The notes below the pieces were generated by a model. That model saw nothing but the letters and a program-made list of their open reading frames with translations. It did not search any database and had not been told where the DNA came from. A DNA stretch of 64,000 nt, from NCBI RefSeq assembly GCF_036321535.1, contig NC_087437.1, positions 52,268,001 through 52,332,000 on the forward strand, in the 5' to 3' direction. Position numbers and translations under genes: made by a program. The DNA comes from Camelus dromedarius. Its lineage: Eukaryota. Below are positions 13,711 to 29,314 of this stretch, in pieces. How positions within the stretch are numbered: position 1 is the stretch's first letter; each line of letters starts with the position of its first letter.

Positions 13711-14399
13711 TATTTGTGGAGCCTATTCAAATCAATTCATCAATTTTGTCCTGCCAAATAACATTCTAATATCTATATTTAAAAGCAAATAAAGAAAAAA
13801 AAAAAGAAGAGGAAAGTGGAGGAACATAAAAAGAAAAGAAAAGCACAAGACCGCAAGTGAAAATGAAATGCAACATAAATAAACCTAGCTAAACTATGCA
13901 TTCTGTAAGACAATAAATGTAAATGTAGATAAGATTCCCTGAGCTAGTCCTTCATTGATCTGCCCTATTTCTCTACCTTGTGTCTCTAGCATTATCTATT
14001 GCAAAGCAGTACCAAGAAATCATAGGATTCCAAACAGTGGAACTCATTGAAAAAAAGAAAAAAAGAGAAAAAACCCCATAAAAGTCCCATAATTTTCCTT
14101 GGCATTCTAAGCCCTAAATACCAAAAGAGACAAAGTGGAGTTGCCCAAGTTGTAGCAAGAACAAAAACTGGAGTCCATAGATTCTTAGAACAGGGTATGA
14201 AACCAACTAATTTTGTTGAAACTTTTCCTTTTACTGATGAAGAAAATAAACCCCCCCAAAGCTGACTTATTAAGGTTCATATAGCTATAGGTTGAAACTA
14301 TAATCCAGGTCTCCTGACACCCAGTCCTAAACCTATTTCTCTACCAGACTGTACCCATTCCACACTGGCCAGGCATCCCTTTTTCCCTTGGGTAAATTT

Positions 14400-14980
14400 A
14401 ATGACTCAGATATTAAGAAAAGATAAACATTTTTTTAATCAAAAATCTTCACTACCTACCACCCAAATACAACTACAGTTAAAAATTCTGTTATATTTCC
14501 TTGTAGTCTTTTTCCATATGTAAATATGCATATTTACACATACATATATGTGTGCAATTTCCTATCTGGTTGTTTTTCCTACTTAATATTGCATGTAAAC
14601 ATTTTTCCAAGTTTTTCGATTTTCTTTAAAAATGGAAGTTTTAATGGCTGAATGGGGTTGCTTCATTGAGATCTATCATCTTTTACATACCTAATCCCTT
14701 AAAATTACATATTTGAGTTGTTTCCAACATTTTACAATGACAAATAAAGCTTCAGTGAGTATCACTGAATACAGATCTTTGAGTACTTCTGTGATTATTT
14801 CCTCTTGATAAATTCCTAAAAATAAAAATACTAAGTCAAAAGGTAGGAATAAGCCTCAGTACATGATTGCCCAGTTGCCCTCTAGACAGGATATACTACA
14901 AGCTGTTGAAAAGCTTATTTAAATTCAATCCCACATTATTTTTTCTATCTTTGCTAATTTGTTTGGCAAAAATTAGTGTC
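14400..14980 (-). mobile_element. Ancient L1 (L1ME-like) 3' fragment
   Basis: Decayed antisense L1 3' UTR motifs (gttgtttccaacatttt, gataaattcctaaaa). Confidence 0.55.
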
Positions 14981-16309
14981 TTCCAAATCACAAACAGTTT
15001 TATATTAATCAAGTTTAAAGGTATTTAAGAATTATACCTCAAGCTGGAAAAAATAAAAACAATAGCAAAAATCACTTAAGAAATTGTGGGGGGAAACAAC
15101 TTTTCATTTTTGTGTATTTTCTTTAATTTTTTGTCTGTATTCAAAATATCCTATGTAGTTATAATCATAGAATATACGTAAATTTGTATTTTGACATTTT
15201 TATACCACAGTTTTACATTTCTACAAAGTTTTCATGATTATAATTTAAAATAGTTATACATAATTGTCCAAAGCCCAGAACCATTCCCCTGCTGTTAACA
15301 GGTGAAGTACCAAATTTTAAAGCCAATGATTCCTCCTCAAGATTTGGCTGCCACCAAGTGGATAAACTGTGTAATACTGCTGAAACTGAGTAAACCATTT
15401 ATAAATTAAAAAATAATAATTTAATGCATACATTTTAAATTATAAACTGATTTTAAGAACTAAATAATTTTTAATAATTAAAACAGATCATTTTATAAGT
15501 GTACCAGACCATGGTCCTCATCTATCTCTTGAAATACTTAACTCAAATCTGAATCTCAGGAAATCAGTTAAAGATCTTCCTGTTGAAATCAGGCCCTTTA
15601 CAAACTAAAATCATAGGTGTATATGATAGAAACCGTTCAGGGACCTCCAAATGCAAATAGCCTAGGCTGTAGGCCAAGTGACTTCTAACAAAGCAATAAG
15701 CCCTCCCAGGAGGCACAATGAAACCAGTGATGAAACCATGGTGAAGATTATCCAGAAAGCAGAGAAAGAGAGCAGGAAACTCGTTCCTATTTGGGTAAAG
15801 ACTTGCTAACTCTCTTTAGACCCACCAGTATTTTCTCCCCATAGTCCCTGGCCTCTCCACTTACTATTGCAATGAAACAGCAACTAGCTAGAGCCACAAA
15901 AAGAAAGATTATTTCAGGGAAGTGTTTGGTCCCTGCCAGGGTGGACAAAAGAATGACTTTTTCAAAAGAAACCTTTGAATGCCACTGAGCCATTACCTAC
16001 CACCAACCGGGAGATGAACACTTGCTCTGCCTGTGACCCAACATTCCTTCCAATTATTTTTTTTCTGACACTCTTTAACCCTCTCCATCTTGCTGCCAAC
16101 CTCCATAAATTGAAAAGAAACAGTTAAAAAAGAAAGAAAGAAAAACATGTAGGAATGCCACTCCCAAGAACTCTTAAAGGAATGTCATAACTCCATAAAG
16201 TGAAAAATCAGTGAGAGAAAACGTAGCTCTCTGAGACAGAACCACGGCTTTATTATGGTCAATTCTACAGCCTGTCTTCTGTCTGCTTAAATGTGTGTTT
16301 GCTTGGTTT

Positions 16310-16916
<607 letters not shown>

Positions 16917-19430
16917 TCACTCTCTCACAGGAAAGCTCACCTGTCCTGGATATAAACATCTATTATTAAATAAATAAATAACACACTGACTATTATAGTG
17001 GAAACATTACTGCAGAGATAATCAGGTAACTTGGATTCAAGTTCTGGCTCTGCCTTGTACTATTTGTGTGACCATAAAGAATTGCACTAGGACTAGAATT
17101 TCTTTGTTAGTGAATGGAAATAATTGTGCTTACCTACTAAATTCTGAGTAGTAAGTGAAAATAATACATTTTCCTTATATTCTATAACTCTCTATAAAGC
17201 GCTTTATAAATCTCTATATAATGCATAAGGAAGGATTGATTTTTTGACAATAGTAGAGATAAAAATAATACAGGTAGTGACAGCAGAGCAGTACTATCTA
17301 TTCTTACACCAACAGACACCAGGGGTCGCCATTGATTACAGTCCTCAAACATAAATAACAGGTGGACAGACAAGGGGAAAGAATTATTGATTTAGTTGAT
17401 ATTACATGTTATAATCCAAATTTCACAGGAGAAATGGGGTAGACCTCTGCCATATTTTCACTACCCAGCATCTCAACCCCCCCTTAGTTCATGGAATTGC
17501 AAACGTGTGAGCTTTGGAGCTAAAAAGGAAGCAGAGATGACCAGACAATTGTTCCTTCAGACATGGTACTAGGGTGTGGCCCATGACCCCGAGTTGGCAA
17601 ATGGAGTTTTTAGCTGGAGTCAGTGACACTAAGCAAGAGCAACAGCTTAAATCTCACTTCACAGGTGGTAACATCTAGTGTCTGGTGGTGGTGGTGGCAC
17701 CAGCAGCCTCCAGTGTAGAAAGGAAGCTCTAGGGGGTTACAGAAGTTTGATAAGGATTTGCATTACTCCTGAGTTCTTCAACAGGTCTAAATATGTAATT
17801 TGATCTGCATATTCTGGGGTAGGAGATTAAGGGATATAATCATCCCTCACCACAGGGTCAGAAGGAAAGAGACAATGACACATTGCTTGCCTGCCTGCCA
17901 GCACCATCTTGGCTTCTGAAGAGCAGTCACCCAATCAGTCTTGCTGGCAACAATTCCACAGGCCTCGCTGTTCTTACACAGTGTTGGTGGATGCCACCTC
18001 TGAGACAAACTCTCCATTCCTGGTTCTTGTTAGTGCTTCAGGGAGCTACAAATGGGTTTTCTAGATCAGGTAGACAATGATTTTTGGCAGGGGTTACTCT
18101 GTAACAGCAGTATTTGTGCAGTTTTCTAGAAGTGCCTTTGAAAACAGGCTTCCAGATATCCTCCTGGGATAAGAAGGGCAGTGAGGAGTAGGCGAGTGGC
18201 TTCAAGGGTGAAGTCTCCTGTGTATAAAATCACCTGAGTGAGGGATGAGTGAATCAGACTTCCCAGTTAAGGGGTCCAAGAGGACACAGAGTGGAATGTA
18301 AAAACTTGGGTACTAAAAAGGATCTTTGGGGCAGCTGAGCAGGGGAAAGATGAGATGCCCACAAGATAGACTGAAAATTCCTTTAGCTGAAATGATTCCT
18401 TCTGACCTGGATTTCACAAAAGTTGGGAGTACCACTACTGTTCTTATGGAGTCAGAGATTCTGGGTACTTTTATTCTGTTTCAAGGACCTAAAGACACAG
18501 CTCTGTATATCCAACCCAAATCTTCATACTGAGATTTAAACTTGTTCTTTCTAGTATGGCTGTCAGTGTAGATGATGACCACTGTCCAATCTAATAAGAG
18601 CCCTGCCTAGATCTACTGTAAAGAGACCCAGAGTTAACTGAAGTTGAGACTTTTCTTCTCCAAGCTGGGTGATCTCAGTTTTTTCTTTTTCTTTGTTGCT
18701 TCTCTTCCAATCTTTAGAAAAAATTTTTCTACATGGAACCCTTTCCAGATTGCATTTTAAAGTCCCCCTAAAGTTGTACAGACTACTTAAAAAGAAAGGT
18801 GTATGATTCTAATGTTAGCTTTCTTCTAATTCACTGTGACCTTTTCTATGCAAATCAAAATCCATCATATTCTTACTGTTTTTACCTCTTCTCTTCATCA
18901 TGTTAAAAACAGTGATATTTCTATAAGCAGCAGTGCTTTGGGAAAGGCCAATCTTAGTTCATTTTATTTCTTTTTGTCAAAGAAGCCAGATTCCTTCCTG
19001 ACTTCCCCCAAGATACTTTTGCCTTTCATGCTTAATACTGAAAACAGGAACACACAGTTCCTGAATATTCCCCACATGCTTTAATTTCTGTAAACCTTAG
19101 AATTTACAGACTCATTTCACACAATTATGACTGCCCTCTATATTTTATGCTTCTTTGCCTCCTTTCTATTTTGTCCTTTGAAGAACGAACCTTCTAATGT
19201 GCTTTGAGTTTCTGTAGTATGTTGGATTGATTGTAAGCATCCTCTTATGAATTCTACATTAGGTACTTAAAATAGTTCACATTCTTAAAATGTACTTGTA
19301 CCTTTGTAAATTAAAGCAATTTCTAATTTAACTTTTTGAAGACAAGAAATTTAGTTTTTCTAACTTCTCTTTCATGCTGTATAGGATTTATACACCTCCC
19401 CACTTAAGGGGGGGAAGCCATTTTACACTT

Positions 19431-19494
19431 TAAATTATATATTAGTAACTATGTAAATTATATATTAGTAACTATGTAAATTATATATTAGTAA
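19431..19494 (+). repeat. Tandem repeat, 23-nt unit x ~2.8
   Basis: taaattatatattagtaactatg at 19431 and 19454, partial copy at 19477. Confidence 0.95.
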
Positions 19495-19597
19495 TTGTAC
19501 ATTAATAATAATATAAACTCATATTATTTTCTAATTTGGACCATGTGTGCACAGTGTTGTATTGTGGTTTCTGTGTCAAAATAATAAGTATTTTGAT

Positions 19598-20111
19598 TAG
19601 CAGTTCTCAAACCTTTTAACCTTAGGACCCCCTTGTACTCTTAAAAATTATAGAATACACCAGAGAGCTTTTGTTTATGAGGGCTATGTCTATCACTATT
19701 TACTATATTTGAAATCAAAACTGAGAACTTTAAAAATGTATCTTTATTAAATCATTTTCAAAGAACAATGATAAACCTATTATATGTTAGCATAAATAAA
19801 TTTTTATGCAAAATAACTATTTTTTAAAAATTTAGTGACAGGAGTATCATTGTTATATTTCTGCAAATTTCTTTAATGTCTTGCTTAGCAGAATACAGCT
19901 GGATTCTCATTTCCACTTCTGCATTCAAAATGTTTTGGTATCACATGGCATACAATAACCTCTGGAAAATTCCACCGTATATTTGTGAGAGAATGGGAGT
20001 GGAAAGGGCAAGTAACGTCTTATTATTAGGAAAATGGTTCTGACTTCATGGACTGCCACAATGGTCTTAGGTACACCTAGGAGTCCATGGGCCACACTTT
20101 AAGAACTCCTG
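19598..20111. mobile_element. Non-autonomous hAT-Charlie DNA transposon (~510 bp)
   Basis: Termini tagcagttctcaaa / tttaagaactcctg; internal ggacccccttgtactcttaaaaatt...agctggattctcat. Confidence 0.75.
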
Positions 20112-21547
20112 ACTTAGACCATATTTAAAGACTATATAACATCCCAGCATATGAATGTTCCATACATTTAGACTTTATTTGTGACTGGGGTGATTTTAGC
20201 TATTTTGAGAGTAACATTTTGTTGTGTTTTGTTTTTATCCTTTGGAAGCTCACAGGATTCTATTTTCTGGAAGTTTAAAATCTTTATACAAGGCATTAAC
20301 ATCTCATCAGTTTTTCCAGGAAAATGATGTGGTTGTTAAATACAATCTCTGATTCTTTCACATATATTTTCCTTTGGTTACGGCTTCTCCCCTTTTTGCT
20401 TTGTGCTCTTGGAGCTTTTATTATTCATAGCAGAGACCTCTATTATAGACCTTCCCTGTCTGCTGCCTTCATTTACATTTTATGTATCTTTTTGATAAAC
20501 TCTTCTGAATTCTATAAATGTGTCTCTATTTTTCCTCCAAGTTGCTGATTCAGTTGTCTGTTCTATTGAGTCTTTTTTAAAAATTGCTTCAAAAATTATT
20601 TTGGCTAAGGTTTTGATTTTAAACAGGGTATTCTTATTTAACAAATAAAATACTGTCTAATTTAGAATATTGTGAGTTTTCTAAAACTTTTGTTTTCTTT
20701 AATCTGTTTCAGTAGACTCACATTTATGTTTCTAATGTCACAGAATATTTTCATAGGTGTTAAGTTGAGTGTTAAAGGTGTTTTTCTTTTGGTCCATTTA
20801 TTTGTTTTGGTCATGAAATGATATTTGTTGATATTTATTATTGTTGACTGGAAGCCCTGGGTGCTAAAACTCACCCTTAACATCTTGTTCAAACATAGAG
20901 AAAACCCACCTGGACCTAAATCTGAAAGGCAGGCAGGATAAAGATGCCACTCCCAACTTCTCCCCCAGTGTTGAGTGGTAAGAGGTACCTCATCAAAGTC
21001 AAGAGTCCAAAGGCATCCCTGTCCTGGGGATGACCATAAACTCATGGGGCTGAGGCAAAGCTCTATGAGAACAGAGCAGAGGCTTCCTAGGCTGTTCAGT
21101 GAACACGGAAGACAGGACCTTGAAAATAACAGCAGAAGGAAGAGCAGGGCACTGAAGTCCTTATCATTTGATTGGGCAGAGAACATCAGGGAATGAACTG
21201 CAATGTGCTCAAGCCTATCTTTTAGTTACTGCTAAAGATCTGGTTGGTTTTGGGTGGCATTTTAAGGGAAATGTGGAGAAGCAGTGGTTACTGTTGTAAT
21301 TGCTTCACTTTCCAGAATCACCTCTCTTATGGTTTTTAGAAGATCAGAAAAGGTTGCTATTTACATATTCGTTTAATCTAAATTTACTTACAATTTCCTA
21401 TGGGGGCAGTGCCTACAGAGCTGGTGTTATTTTCCTCGTTAACATCAGTAGGGATTCTTCAACCCTCAGTAGCAATTTTTTTTAGCATCCTTTCTTAGAA
21501 TGTTTTCCAAAAGCAAGAATCTTAATATCATCATTATTGATGGCTTC

Positions 21548-21984
21548 TGCATTAGTTTCCTAAACAAATTACTATAAACACTGCCTCTTAAAACAGCACA
21601 CATTTATTATGTTAGTTTAGGATGTCAGAAGTCTAAACTAGGTCAGCAAAACTGTGTTCCTTCTGGAGGCTCTGAGAGAGAATCCATTTCCTTGGCTTTT
21701 CTAGCCTCTAGAGGCTGCCTACAATTCTTGGCTTGAGTCCTCTTCCTCCAACTTCAAAGTCAGCTGTATAGCATCTTCTCTCATCTCTGACCTCCTGCTT
21801 TCCTCTTCTAAGCACCCCTGTGATAAACTGGGCCCAGCTAGAAAATTCAAAGTAATCTTCCATCTTAAGATCCTTAATTGAATCATGTCCGCAAAGTCCC
21901 TTTTGAATGTAAGGTAATATATTCACAGGTTCTAAGGATTAGGATGTGGACATCTTAGAGGGGGGCATTATTATGCCTATCACA
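21548..21984 (-). mobile_element. MaLR solo LTR (MLT1D-like)
   Basis: tgcattagtttcct ... ccttctggaggctctgagagagaatcc ... gcctatcaca. Confidence 0.85.
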
Positions 21985-22965
21985 GTTACCACTTATAAAA
22001 TGACTTCTGTGTGACAGGTACTATACCAGAGGTATGTCATGTAATTTCATTATTTCTTAAAACAACTATGTGATTGTTTTACTGATGAGAAAATGAAGGC
22101 TGAGAGGTGTCCAGATGACTTCCCTTCTAAATTCCAGGCCAGTCTATCCAACTATCTACTTGATATCTCCACTTAGATGTATAAAAGGCCTCTCTTAACT
22201 TGTCCAAAACTAAGCTCTACCAGCAGAAATCCCCATCTCAGTAATGGCGCCATCCTTCCGGCTGCTCAGGCCATTAGAATCATCCTTCACTTTCCTCTTT
22301 CTCTGACATCGCAGATTTGATCTGTCAAAAATCCTGTTGGCTCAAAATATATCCAAATTTGACCATGTCTTATCATTTACTTGCTATCACTCAGGTCTAA
22401 ACTCTCGTCATCTCTGCCTTGGATTATTATGGCAGCCTTCTAATCCGTCTCCCTATTTCTGCCCCTACCTCCAATTAATATATTGTCAATAGCCAGAGCA
22501 ATCCTTTAAAAAACATAGATGAGAGCATGTTACTCCTCTGCTCTGAACACTCCAATTCAGAAGAAAAGCCAAAGTTATTTCTATAATCTTCAAGGCCTTA
22601 CATGATGTGACTTCACCGCCTACTACTCTTCTCTTTACTCTAGCTGCATTGACTTTCTTGCTGTTCTTGGAAATTTCCAAGTATGCCCCTGCCTCAGGGC
22701 TTTGTATTTGGTATTTTCTCCATGTGGAGTATCTTCCTCCAGATATTGGCACAACAAGCTTCCTCCCTCCTTCAGGTCTTCACTCAGATTCATTTTGCAA
22801 GAAAGCCATTCCTAACTATTCTACCCAAAATATTACTCCTGCCCCTAACCCCTATCATTTTAAATTTCCCCTTTCTGCTTTCTCCTTAGCACTTACCTCC
22901 ATCTAAGCTACTATATACACTACTTATGTAATAGGTAGCCATGGAGTTTAATAAAAGTATATAGT

Positions 22966-23370
22966 TGTGGTAGCTAGTCCCCAAAGAGACCCCTCCGTGT
23001 GTTTGACTTCTGGGAATTCAAGCCCCGCTCCCAGGATGAATAGGGTAGACCTGTATAATCAATAGGACAGTTCAGAAAAGATGGCATGGGACTCCAAAGC
23101 TAGGTCATAAAGACATTGCTGCTCTCGCAAGCTCTCTTGGATCACTCACTCTGGAGGAAGCCAGCTTCCGTGTCATGAGGACACGCAGACAGCTGCACGT
23201 GGAAGAGGAAATGAAACCCCCTGCCAACAGTCAGCATGTAAGTGAGCCATCCTGGAAGCAGATCCTCCAGCCCCAGTCAGTGTCTTGACTGCAACCTCAT
23301 GAGAAACCTTGAACTAGAACCCAACTAACTTGTTTCTAAATTGCTAACCCATAGAAACAAGGGAAAACAC
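22966..23370 (+). mobile_element. MaLR LTR (MLT1F/G-like)
   Basis: TGTGG start; ctaggtcataaaga; gtgagccatcctggaagcagatcctccagcccca. Confidence 0.75.
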
Positions 23371-23389
23371 TGTCAATCAAGCCATGACT

Positions 23390-23463
23390 CACAATGAATG
23401 TAAGAGGCATTCCGATTTCAGAGATGTGGAAAAAAGTGCATTTTTGAATTGATGAAATATGAT
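23390..23463. mobile_element. TcMar (MER104/Kanga-like) fragment
   Basis: tgtaagaggcattccgatttcagagatg...gaattgatgaaatatg. Confidence 0.5.
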
Positions 23464-23718
23464 AGTGATAATTATTGTTATTGTTTTATCTATATAATTT
23501 CCATGAGGGCAGGAGTTTTTGTTGGTTTGATTTGCTGCTATAGGCCTGCTATCTATAACAGGGTCCAGCACATGAGAAAAAATTGAACAGTTGCTGCATG
23601 AATGAATAAAAATTAATTTGTACAAGGCATATTGCTTATATGTGGTACAGCTGGGATTCAGACTCAGGTCTTTGATTCTAAAGCTTGTGCTCCTTTTATT
23701 GTATTGCCCATTCTTTGT

Positions 23719-23875
23719 TTTGTTTTGTTTTGTTTTTAAATGTATTTCTTATGAAAGGAGGTAGATTTCTTTGTTTGTTTGTTTGTTTATTTATTTAAAC
23801 AGAGCTACTAGGGATTGAAACTAGGACTTCACACATGCTGTGTGTGAACTCTACCACTGAGCTATACCCTCCCCC
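23719..23875 (-). mobile_element. vic-1-type SINE
   Basis: ctctaccactgagctataccctcccc head; perfect TSD tgcccattctttgt (23705-23718 / 23876-23889). Confidence 0.92.
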
Positions 23876-23967
23876 TGCCCATTCTTTGTGATATAGTCTA
23901 TTACCAAGATCCTCATCTTATTTTTACTCAATCCTCCTCTTCTACTGAGAAGTCAGATATGGGAATA

Positions 23968-24135
23968 ATAACATAGCTCACACTTATTACCATGTCTATG
24001 AGTGTTCTAAGCACATTTTATGCCTTAATTTATCTAATCTTCACCATACCACCATGTGGTAGATACTGTTTTAAATACATTTATAAGGAAACTAAGGCAC
24101 AGAGAAGTAAAGTGACTGAACCAAGGTCTCATACT
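23968..24135 (-). mobile_element. MIR SINE
   Basis: ggaaactaaggcacagagaagtaaagtgact...ccaaggtc core. Confidence 0.7.
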
Positions 24136-24668
24136 AGTTATACCTGTTTGGAGTAAAGAGTTATATATATGCTCTTTCTTCCAACCTTACTTCAATTGGA
24201 AATATCTTCCTATTTCTTATGGTATTTCGCAAATCCAGAGTCTCCAAATGTTTTCTAGTGTTGCATTGTTCACATTCTCTATTGAAAGAGAATAACTTCT
24301 ATTTGAAGCTAATATCTTAATACCTAGGAAATGAAAAATTCAGTCATTTCCAAACTAAAACTTGACATGTTTCCTTGAAAATTCTGGTTCTAATTCTAGT
24401 TTATATTATACTTTCTAAATTAGATCTGGATATAATGCACCCTATGTGAACATCAGTGTCTATGAGTAGACACATAAATGTGATTAGGGCTTTCTATACA
24501 CTTTCATTTAGAAAGCACTCACATTTATTCTTCATGGTAACTTGTGAGCTCTCAAAGAAGGTATTCTTTCCATTTTACAGATGGGAAAATTGACATCAAG
24601 GAAGTTAAAGTATCCTCTTAAGATTACATGGATAGGGAATGGTCAAGCCAGGATTCTTCCAAAACCTA

Positions 24669-24830
<162 letters not shown>

Positions 24831-25159
24831 CTACCAAAGATTGAAAGCATAAAGGTCATTAGAATGAGATGATATACTCAGAGTCAAGGCAAGCATTCCC
24901 CTGGGTTTCCCACACCCTCGAAAACGTTGTTTCATAGAATTCAGCAAGAGTTTCTACAGGGCAAATTAGTGCACACCCACTTCTTTAATTAATAGCACAA
25001 ACAGAGCTCTGCTGTCTCTAAGTCTTCACGTTGAAACACATCCCTAGTTTATTACACAATTTTTCTCTGACTCTATTATGACCTGCCTTGGTCAACACAA
25101 ATAATAGTCTCCAGGAACAGCATTATGAAGCCCTGAAAGAGCCAAACAGCTAAGAAATT

Positions 25160-26095
25160 AAAAAGACAATCCACAGAATGGGAGAGAATATTTGCTAATC
25201 ATATATCTGGGATATATAAAGAACTTTTACAACTCAACAATAAAAAGACAAATGACCCAATCAAAAATGGGCAAAGGATCTGAACAGATGTTTCTCCAAA
25301 AAGATACAAATGGCCAATAAGTACATGAAAAGATGTTCAGTACCATTAGCCATCAGGGAAATGCAAATCAAAACTGTAAGATACCATTTCACACCCACTA
25401 GGATAGCTATAAAAGACAGACAAAAACAAGTTTTAGAGAAGATGTGGAGAAAAAAAACCCTCATACATCGCTGGTAAGAATGTAAAATGGTGCAATGCTT
25501 TGGGGAAAAAAATTGGCAGTTTCTCAAAGGTTCAACATAGTGTTACCATGTGACCCAGCAATTCTACTCCTTGTTATATACCCAGAAGAAATGAAAACAT
25601 GCCCACAAAAAAACCTGTGCACAAATTTTCATAGCATCATTGTTCATAAAAGCCAAAGAAGTATAAACAATCCAAGTATCTATCAACTAAGGAATGGAAA
25701 AAGAAAATGTGGTGTGTCTATACAAGGAAATATTATTCAGCCACAGAAAGGAATGAAATACTGATGACATGAAGTTTGAAAACAGGATTCCATTGAGATG
25801 AAATTTCTAGAATAGGCAAATCCATAGAGACAGAAAATAGATTTATGGTTGTCTAGAATTAGGGGAGAGGGAGATGGTGGGTTACTCCTTAAGAGTGTGA
25901 AGTTTCTTTTTAGGGTGATGAAATGTCCTAAAGTCAACTGTGGTAATGGCTGCATAACTGTGAATATACCAATATACCACTGGATTGTACACTTTAAATG
26001 AGTGAATTATGTAGTCTTTGAACTATAATGAAGCTGTTACCAAAAAAAAAAAGAAAAAGAAAGAAAGAAAAAGAAAAGAAAAAGAAAAAGAAAAA
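25160..26095 (+). mobile_element. Old L1 (L1MB-like) 3' end with A-rich tail
   Basis: ORF2-end/3'UTR motifs; A/GA-rich tail at 26042-26095. Confidence 0.85.
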
Positions 26096-26559
26096 GGTCA
26101 GGCAGCAATCCCAGTCCAGACAAGAGGGTGAGTTGAGTCCTTTATCAAAAGCCTCTCCTGGCCATTTAAAAGTGACCAAAGCTCTGTTAGTCATGGGAGG
26201 AGGAGGGTATTTAAAAACAGACTGTCATTTACTCAAATTGATAGGCCAACAACTTCAAAACATCTGAAATGTTTGCACCTCTCTCACATAAGGCTTTCCT
26301 AGCAGTCAGTCACCATATTCCCCGCCACTGGTCATCCCTACCTCCTGAATTATTACTGCTTGTAACTTAGATCTTCACCCAGTGTGCAGAAAGTCATGGT
26401 AAGAGAGACATAGAAAAATGGACACTTAGGATATATGTCTTTATCTCTAAGTTTTATAAAAATTTAAACAACATAGGGAAAGGTTAAATAATTATGGTAT
26501 TCCTATAACATGGAAAATTATGCAACCATTTAAAATGATATTTTTAAGGAATATTTATA

Positions 26560-27340
26560 ATAAGATCAACAGAAAATTTCTCATCAGAAAACATGGAGGC
26601 CAGAAGGCAGTGGATGACATACTTAGAAGACTGAAAGAGAAATACTGTCAACTGAGAATTCTACATCCAGCAAAACTAGTCTTTGAAATTGAAGGCAAAT
26701 TAAGACATTCTCAGATAAATAAAAACTGAATTTGTTGTGGCATGTTTGCCCCAGAAAAAATCCTTCAGGATGAAATGAAAGGACACTAGATAGTAACTCA
26801 AATCCACATGAAGGAATAAAGAACACTGTTAAATGGTAATTACATAGGAAATTATAAAATACAGTAGTAATGTAATTCCTCTTTTTTCTTATGTGATTTA
26901 AAAGACCATTACATTAAGCAAAAATTATACAACTATATTGATGGGCACATAATATATAATGATATAATTTGTCACAATAACAGCATAAAGGGGGGTGTGT
27001 AACAGAATGGTATGGGAGCAAATTTTTTGTATACAATTGAAATTAATCTGAATTAGATTGTCATAAATTAAGATGTTAATTGTAATCCCCAGGGCAACTA
27101 CCACTAAGAAAATAACTCAAAAATATATAGTAAAAGAAACAATAAGAAAATTAAAAGTACACTAGAACATATGTATGTAATACAAATGAAAACTTTAATG
27201 GAGGAATTAAGGAACAAAAAAAATGTAAGGCATAGAAAATTAATAGCAAAATGGCAGAAGCCTTTCCTTATCAGTAATTATGTTAAACGTAAATGGATTA
27301 AATGTTCAAAAAGGCAGTTTGGCAGAATGGATAAAGAATA
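26560..27340 (+). mobile_element. Old L1 ORF1 C-terminus / inter-ORF fragment
   Basis: ctcatcagaaaacatggaggccagaaggcagtggatgacata...agaattctacatccagcaaaact; ORF1p-like CQLRILHPAKL. Confidence 0.8.
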
Positions 27341-28115
27341 TTTAATAATAGTGCAAATATGATATTAGTAAAAAAAAAAAGTACAAATAAACTACAATAA
27401 AATTCCAAATGTAGTTTTTTCAATAAAGATTGCAAAGAAAAAATACATATATAAAAAAAATTACCCGGGAAAAACACCAGAAGGAAATAAAATAGAATGT
27501 TAATAATGGTTATTTCTGAACTGTGAGTTAATGGTGACTTTAGTTTACATCTTTATACTTTCCTATATTTTATAATCTATTACAATTATAAATCTTATCT
27601 TTATTATTAGAAAATATATTACTTATAAAATATTACCATTATAAGACTGGTATCACAAACCTCAATCTATATGTCTAATAACTCAAATCTATTTCAGAAA
27701 GAAATGAATTTACTAGTTGTGCATTGTTGCCAACTGGAACTTGTCTTCTTAGGTACTAATAATTATGAGACCACAAAACTGGAGTGTTTGAGATAGGAAA
27801 TGAAAATTTAAATATTCCAGGGTGGTAGTCAAAATATTTAATACCCCATACTGCATGAGCACGGTTCAGTGAAACCTGATGTGGGCCACATTGCTAGAGT
27901 AGGGTCCTGGGAGCCCTGCACAGGAGTTCCCCTTTAGTTGGTGGGTCAATGGGGAGGTTCAAGGGCTAGGGTTAGGGGAAGCAAAGGGACAGTCATGGGC
28001 TCAGGGTAGCAGCTATTTACCAACTAGAATGGACATATTTCAACATTTCAACAGCTAGTACCACTGTACTGGTAGCAGCTGAACACCAGTGCTAGAAATA
28101 CCTAAGAGTTGTTCA

Positions 28116-28469
<354 letters not shown>

Positions 28470-29193
28470 TTAAGGAATCACAGACCTCTTTGGATCCATG
28501 AAACATTTCATTCTTGGGCTGCAGACACAATAAATGAACAAGTAGCCTGGAAAATGTAGAATGATATGAGAGAAAATCTTCAAATCTTTATCAGAAATCC
28601 TGTCATCTAAAAATCTGTCTTTCTATATGATAGTGGTAATTTACCTTTAGAAAAACTTGAAAGCTCAGAAAAGAAATAGAGATTGTGACATTGAGTCAGC
28701 CCCTCCCATTTTTTGTATGATACTACTCAACAACCCTCTTCACAGCAATTTAGACCCATGTCTATGTTAAGGGCATCCGTCATTATAATTAAAATCTCAG
28801 GGTAATGTGCAGACATATTTGTGAGTGATATGTTAATCAATCAGCTTAGAATTATGTTTTTGTGATAGATTTTTTGTGATCAATAAAAGTAACAATATTT
28901 ACTGCTTTTCCTAATTATAAAAATAATATGCATAATGGAAAACTTGAAAAATAACACCAAACCATAAAGGACATAAAGATTACCCCAAATACCACCACAT
29001 AGAGACAACAATGTAGTATTTTGGTGAATTCTTAGTTTTTTCCTGATGCATATATGTAAATTGCTTTGTGATCTTGAGTAATTTATTTAACATTTTTGTC
29101 TTAATACCTATCTTAAATGACTGATGTGAGAACTAAATGAAAATTTACTATAATACATATTTTTAACAATATTGAGAACATTCTGTAAAATGA

Positions 29194-29314
29194 TTTTTGG
29201 GGGAAGGTGAAGGTAATTAGGTTTGTTTGTTTGTTTAATGGAGGTACTGGAGATTGAAGCCAGGACCTTGTGCATGATAAGCAGGCACTCTACCACTGAG
29301 CTATACCCTCCCCC
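29194..29314 (-). mobile_element. vic-1-type SINE
   Basis: Head and ggtaattaggttt tail; TSD ctgtaaaatga (29183-29193 / 29315-29325). Confidence 0.92.

Larger units (their letters stand above)
22110..23610 (+). mobile_element. L2a-like LINE 3' region, interrupted by an LTR and a DNA element
   Basis: L2 motifs (atctccacttagatgt, cagccagagcaatcctttaaaa, cctgcctcagggcttt) to ~22930; terminal tccatgagggcagg...gaatgaat at 23500-23610. Confidence 0.75.

Noticed and set aside
17880..18480. Unassigned, compositionally balanced intronic block, possible pseudogene fragment
   Set aside because: No recognisable protein in the frames examined; probably an ancient repeat, and cannot be supported without a search
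19431..19494. Direct repeats that might suggest a CRISPR-like array
   Set aside because: Head-to-tail minisatellite with no spacers, in mammalian DNA
26028..26267. Lys/Arg-rich ORF resembling an NLS-bearing protein
   Set aside because: Translation of an L1 A-rich tail
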